DNA of 64,000 nt from Eledone cirrhosa (taxonomy: Eukaryota), in assembly GCA_964016885.1 (NCBI GenBank), contig OZ024743.1:211110001-211174000 (forward strand), given 5' to 3'. The position numbers and the translations under genes were made by a program. Each line of letters opens with the position of its first letter. Position 1 is the stretch's first letter. Below, one piece after another: positions 29,277 to 64,000 of this stretch. Under the pieces are notes generated by a model. That model was not told where the DNA came from. It searched no databases and was given only the letters and a program-made list of their open reading frames with translations.

Positions 29277-30672
29277 TCATCATCATCATCGTTTAACGTC
29301 CATCTCCCACGCTAGCATGGGTTTAGACGGGAATTTTCCCACTTGAGGCAAGATTGGTTGTCTTGCTCGTATAGGACTGTCTGGCGGGTTTTCTACGGCT
29401 GGATGCCCTTCCTAATACCATCCACGTTTACAGTGTGGACTGGGAGGTTTTTACTGTGTTACTTACACGGCCATATTACAGCGTGGACTGTGTGTTTTTT
29501 TGTCGCGACACCTACACGACCTCGTTTATTTTGGACTGGATGTTGTGGTACCAACATAACTTTACAGCGAAGGGGGTGGTGTGGATGGGGAGGGGGTAGT
29601 GGGACGGGGGTGTATTTTTGTTAAGAGGTGCCTACTGACTGTAGGTTTCGCTTTCTACTTAGGCAAGGTGGGTCTTCTGTATTACTGTGTAGCGCCAAAG
29701 ATCTTGGTCCAGTGACATTGTCTTGGAGAGGTGTAAGTGTGTGAGGTCGGAATTTATCAAGTCGTCCCAGGTTTTTCTGGGTCTGCCTACTCCGTGGCTA
29801 CCGTCTATTTTTATCGCCCTGCACTTTTTTATACAGCCGTCGTCTTTCATGCGCATCACGTGACCGTACCAACATAGTCTTCTCTCGAGTAAACAACATC
29901 TGATCCCTCTTATTCCTAATTTCTCCCTTAGTTAATTTATGCTTTGCCTTTCACGTATCTTACTATTACACATCCAACAGAGCATACAAGCTTCGTTCCT
30001 CTCCAGTCTGCGTATATCCTCTGCACACAATGCCCAAGTCTCACTGCCATGTAACATTGCTGTTCGTATGCAGGCATCATACAGCCTGCCTTTCATTTTT
30101 AGAGAGAACCCATTAGCGGCCAATAGTGGTATAAACTCTGAACTTTTTCCATCCCGTTCTGACTCTAGCTACTGTACTTTCAGAACACCCTCCACCACTG
30201 CTGATTTTGTCACCCAGGTAACGGAAGGTGTCCACTATTTCTATAGAACCATCTGTGCAATGGAATGAGCTAGTATTCTGTGGGCACTTGCTGCTACTTA
30301 TTGCACCTGAGCACCGGCCACATATAAAATCTATATTCTTAGTTAGCTTACCTGTGATCCCACTACATCTTTTATGCACCCATACTTTGCATTTGGGACA
30401 TAAAATGGAGTTTCTGCCTACTCCTTTCCTACACACTGAGCATGGCCATTTCCCAGATGGGACAAGTGCCCTATTTTCCTTCCTACAAACTAGAACTTAG
30501 TCTTAGACAGGTTAATTTTAAGGCCTTTTGATTGTAGGCCATGCTTCCATGTTTGGAATGTCTTCCCTAGTTCAGCCATTGATTCAGCTATGAGCGTTAG
30601 ATCATCTGCGTATAGGAGTTCCCATGGGCAGCCGGTCTTGAACTCCTCTGTTATAGCCTGAAGGGCAATAAT
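29277..30672 (-). mobile_element. RTE family B, diverged 3' portion
   Basis: ELLYADD through GRPRKTW, 3' UTR and tail. Confidence 0.9.
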
Positions 30673-30730
30673 AAAATATATATAGTGTATATAACGAAGG
30701 TATGGTATATAGTGTACATAATGAAGGTAT

Positions 30731-30794
<64 letters not shown>

Positions 30795-30797
<3 letters not shown>

Positions 30798-32975
30798 TCA
30801 TCATCATCATTTTACGTCTGCTTTTCCCTGCTTGCAAGGGTGGGAGGGGTCCTATTCAGCACAGCATCTCTCCACTTGTAACGGTCCTTCGTCATCTCCA
30901 CCGTGAGCTTCAGCGATCTGAGGTCTGCTCTCACCACCTCCGCCCATGTTTTTCGTGGTCTTCCTCTACTGCGTCTTCCTTCAACTGGCATTTCTTGGCA
31001 CTTCTTTACCCAGTGGTCATCCTCCATACGCATCACATGTCCATACCATTGCAATCTTCTCTCCCGCACACTACAAATTATCCCTCTGAAACACAGTTTC
31101 TCTCTCAACCCATATGCTCAGTCGTTCACGTACACTGACATTGCACATCCAACGGAGCATGCTTGCCTCATTTCTCTCCAGCCATTGCATATCGTCTGCA
31201 GTTGCTGCCCATGTCTCACTACCATACGGCATTGCGCACCTCAAACAGGCATCATATAACTGGCCTTTCGTACGCAGGAGAAGCCCTTCTTCGTCAGCAG
31301 AGGAAGCAGCTCCCTAAACTTCTTCCAACCCGTCTTTATTCTAGATACTATGACCTCGGAACCCCCCCTTCCATGCTAATCTGATCACCTAGGTACCGGA
31401 AGCTGTCAACCACTTCTATAGAACCTACCTGCATTTGAAAAATGTATCTATCAATGTGACTTCTACTGTCAAATTTCCCTGTACATCTACTGCATACATA
31501 TTTTTCCCTACCTATTAGTTTGCCTGCTATCCCACTACATCTTTTGTGTAACCAAGATCTGCATTGTGTATATTTTACAGAATTTATACCAGTTCCTTTT
31601 CTGCATATCGAACATGGCCATTTCCTTGATGGAATCAGAGTTTTGTCCTCTTTTCTACTCATCAACACTTTTGTCTTAGCTAGGTTCACTCTCAGTCTTC
31701 TTAATTCCAACTGCTGTTTCCATAGCCAGAATTTATTCTCTAGCTCCTTTACTGATTCTGCTATAAGAACCAGATAGTCAGCATAGAGAAGTTCCCATGG
31801 GCAGCCAGTCTTAAACTCCTCTGTTATGGCTTGGAGGACTATAATGAACAAGAGCAGGCCGAGGGCCGAACCCTGATGTACTCCTACTTGTATCTGGAAT
31901 TCCTCACTAAACTCCATTCCTACTCTCACTTTACTGACAGCACTTCTGTACAAAGCTTGCACTGTCCTCAATGGCCATTCCTCAACACCTAGTTTCCTTA
32001 GGGACCACCAGATGACAGATCGGGGTACCCTATCAAAGACCTTCTCTAGGTCAACAAAAGCTAGTATAGTGGCTTATTCTTCTCTAAGAACTTCTCTTGT
32101 AGTTGTCTCACTAAGAAGAGGGCATCTGTTGTACTTTTCCCAGGCACAAAACCAAATTGCATCTCATCTAGTTTGACCTTTTCTTTAATTAGTTGCGCTA
32201 TCCTTTCTGCCACATTCGTAACCTGATCCATCAGCTTTATTCTCCTATAATTGCTCCTCTCCAGAGCATCCCCTTTACCTTTGTAGCAATTTATGAGAAT
32301 ACTGCTGCACCAGTCTTTGGGTATGACACTGCCATATATAGCCTGATTGATGATGCATGCAACCAGTTTAGTGCCTACGTCCCCTGATGCCTTCAGCATC
32401 TCAGCAACTATCTCTGATGGTCCAGTAGCCTTACCATTTTTCATTTCCTTAATCGCCTCTTGGACCCTATATTCATCAATCTCAATAGCTGGTCCCTCTG
32501 TCAGGTCTACTGGGGGTAATTTCTCTCTCTCCCATTCGTTCTTCACATTCATCAGTCTCTCATAATGACATTTCCAGGCCTACTTTTTCTGATCATTCGT
32601 GACACTAAGTACACCGGCATCATTCCGGACACACTTATCTCCAACAACATCCTGATTTACACTGACACACTGCCTTGCAATGTGGAACACCGCACGTCTC
32701 TGATCTTCCTGTCGCAGAACATTGGCAAACCTCCTACTCTCAACCTCCATGCGTGCTAAGTACACCTGACGTCTAGCTTCTCTCTTAGTGGCTGTGTATC
32801 CTTCTCTACTCCCACCATTTTTCCAAGCGTTCCATGCTAGTCTTTTGTCTCTAATGGCCCTATCTACCGTGCTGTTCCATCCCCAGGTCATTCTCTGTCT
32901 GGCTGGAGCTCTGCTCCAGCCACAAGTTTCTTCAGTAGCCTGCAGTAAGTTATCACGTAAGAAATTCCAGTTATC
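30795..32975 (-). mobile_element. RTE family A, second copy, 5'-truncated and degenerate
   Basis: Collinear with 887-3077. Multiple stops and frameshifts. Confidence 0.92.
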
Positions 32976-33069
32976 ATATATATATATATATATATATATA
33001 TAGTGTACATAGTGAAGGCATGTTATTTATATAGTGTATATAATGAAGGCACTGGCTTAGTGGTCTACG

Positions 33070-33405
33070 CGTGTCTTCTGCTGTCACAGCCCATGTTTCA
33101 TTACCATGCAACATCACACTTCACACACAGGTATCATACAGTCGTCCTTTTGTTATCAACAGTGGGAGTAGCTTTCTAAACTTCTTCCATCCTATCCTTA
33201 TTCTAGCTATTATGTTCTCAGAGCATCCTCCTCTGCTGCTAAATAAGTTATCTAGATAGCAGAAGCTATCAACTACTTCTATGGGTCCTTCCTGTGTCTG
33301 GAATAGGCTTACATCACTGGTTATCTTCCCCTTGGTTACCCCTGTGTATCTTCTACAAAGTTTTCATGTTAGTCTACCTGTTATCCCACTACATCTCTTG
33401 TGTAC
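33070..33405 (-). mobile_element. Old RTE fragment
   Basis: Degenerate match to the RTE C-terminal region (IEVVDSFCYL, LHGNETW). Confidence 0.65.
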
Positions 33406-33464
33406 ATTATTCCTTATGTATTTAAAATATATTTTTGTTATTTACAGTTTTTATAGATTCCAAT

Positions 33465-63253
<29,789 letters not shown>

Positions 63254-64000
63254 GTGAGTTGCTATTTTTATTCATTTATCTGTTCATGGAATTTCTACCT
63301 CTGTTAACTGCAAAGAGATTCTCTCTCCATGTGGAAGGTAGATAATGCCTGCGTGAGAAACGTGATGTTACACGACAGATGCACCATCATCATCATTTAA
63401 CATCCAATTTCCCTGCTAGCAAGGGTTGGATGGGTCTACATAGACCAAGTCAGTACTGAAATGGAGCTACTGACCTCCCAGGCAAACCAAGGGGTCTGTA
63501 TCTTGCTTACATACGATCATATGTTCTATTGAGGAAATCAACAGTGTGAAAGTCATGAAAGGGTTAATATGATTTGTTGAGTTCTAATCTATTCCCAACA
63601 ACTGGTTGTTGTTAGGAGACATTTGCCTTATACAAAACATCTCAACAAAGTTTTCAAATGGATTTCTTTCACATCATTTATAAAGTTCAGTTTAATTTAT
63701 ATTGATAATTTAATGAGCAATGAACACATTTTACACAAATTGTCTGCACATCATCTGTGGCATAACATATCAAGATCGCATAACAAATGCAGAAATTTTC
63801 ACATGCACAGAGCAGTCACATCTCTATGCTCAGGTATGAAACCGGCGATTGATATAGATTGGTCATGAAATTCGGCATCCAATTATTAACTTCCATGCTG
63901 AGTGTCTTCTGCTACATCAACTATCAGGAGGTAGCCACAAGAGACAAAGATTGAAGACCACATTCCAAAGGATGGTCACAAAAGAACTGAATGCAAAAGT

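Noticed and set aside
28939-29346. His-rich / Asp-Gly-rich protein ORFs
   Set aside because: Trinucleotide tract next to an RTE (GAT)n tail, open in most frames, with no splice or homology support.

Overview
Repeat-saturated eukaryotic animal DNA; the SINE/RTE families and very long (TA)n tracts suggest a coleoid cephalopod such as an octopus (inference). One host gene is present: a KICS2/C12orf66 (KICSTOR subunit 2) orthologue on the + strand. It has 8 coding exons from 33465 to 63253 and continues past the window. Its third intron is a clear U12-type (minor spliceosome) intron and its fifth intron is about 20 kb of transposons. The rest is mobile DNA nested in TA microsatellites: two RTE LINE families plus a third LINE, two Penelope-like elements (PLEs) with inverted 5' segments, a near-complete CsRn1-type Gypsy element with a -1 frameshift pseudoknot, tRNA-derived SINEs, MITEs and CRE relics. 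The most interesting signals are RNA-level. At least five sequence families carry type I hammerhead ribozyme motifs (four complete, one truncated), including non-coding 310-bp and 525-bp retrozyme-like tandem units. One PLE also has a roughly 420-nt, deeply nested, strand-specific structured RNA in its 3' UTR that matches no ncRNA family I recognise. All pairings were read by eye; no folding or database search was run.
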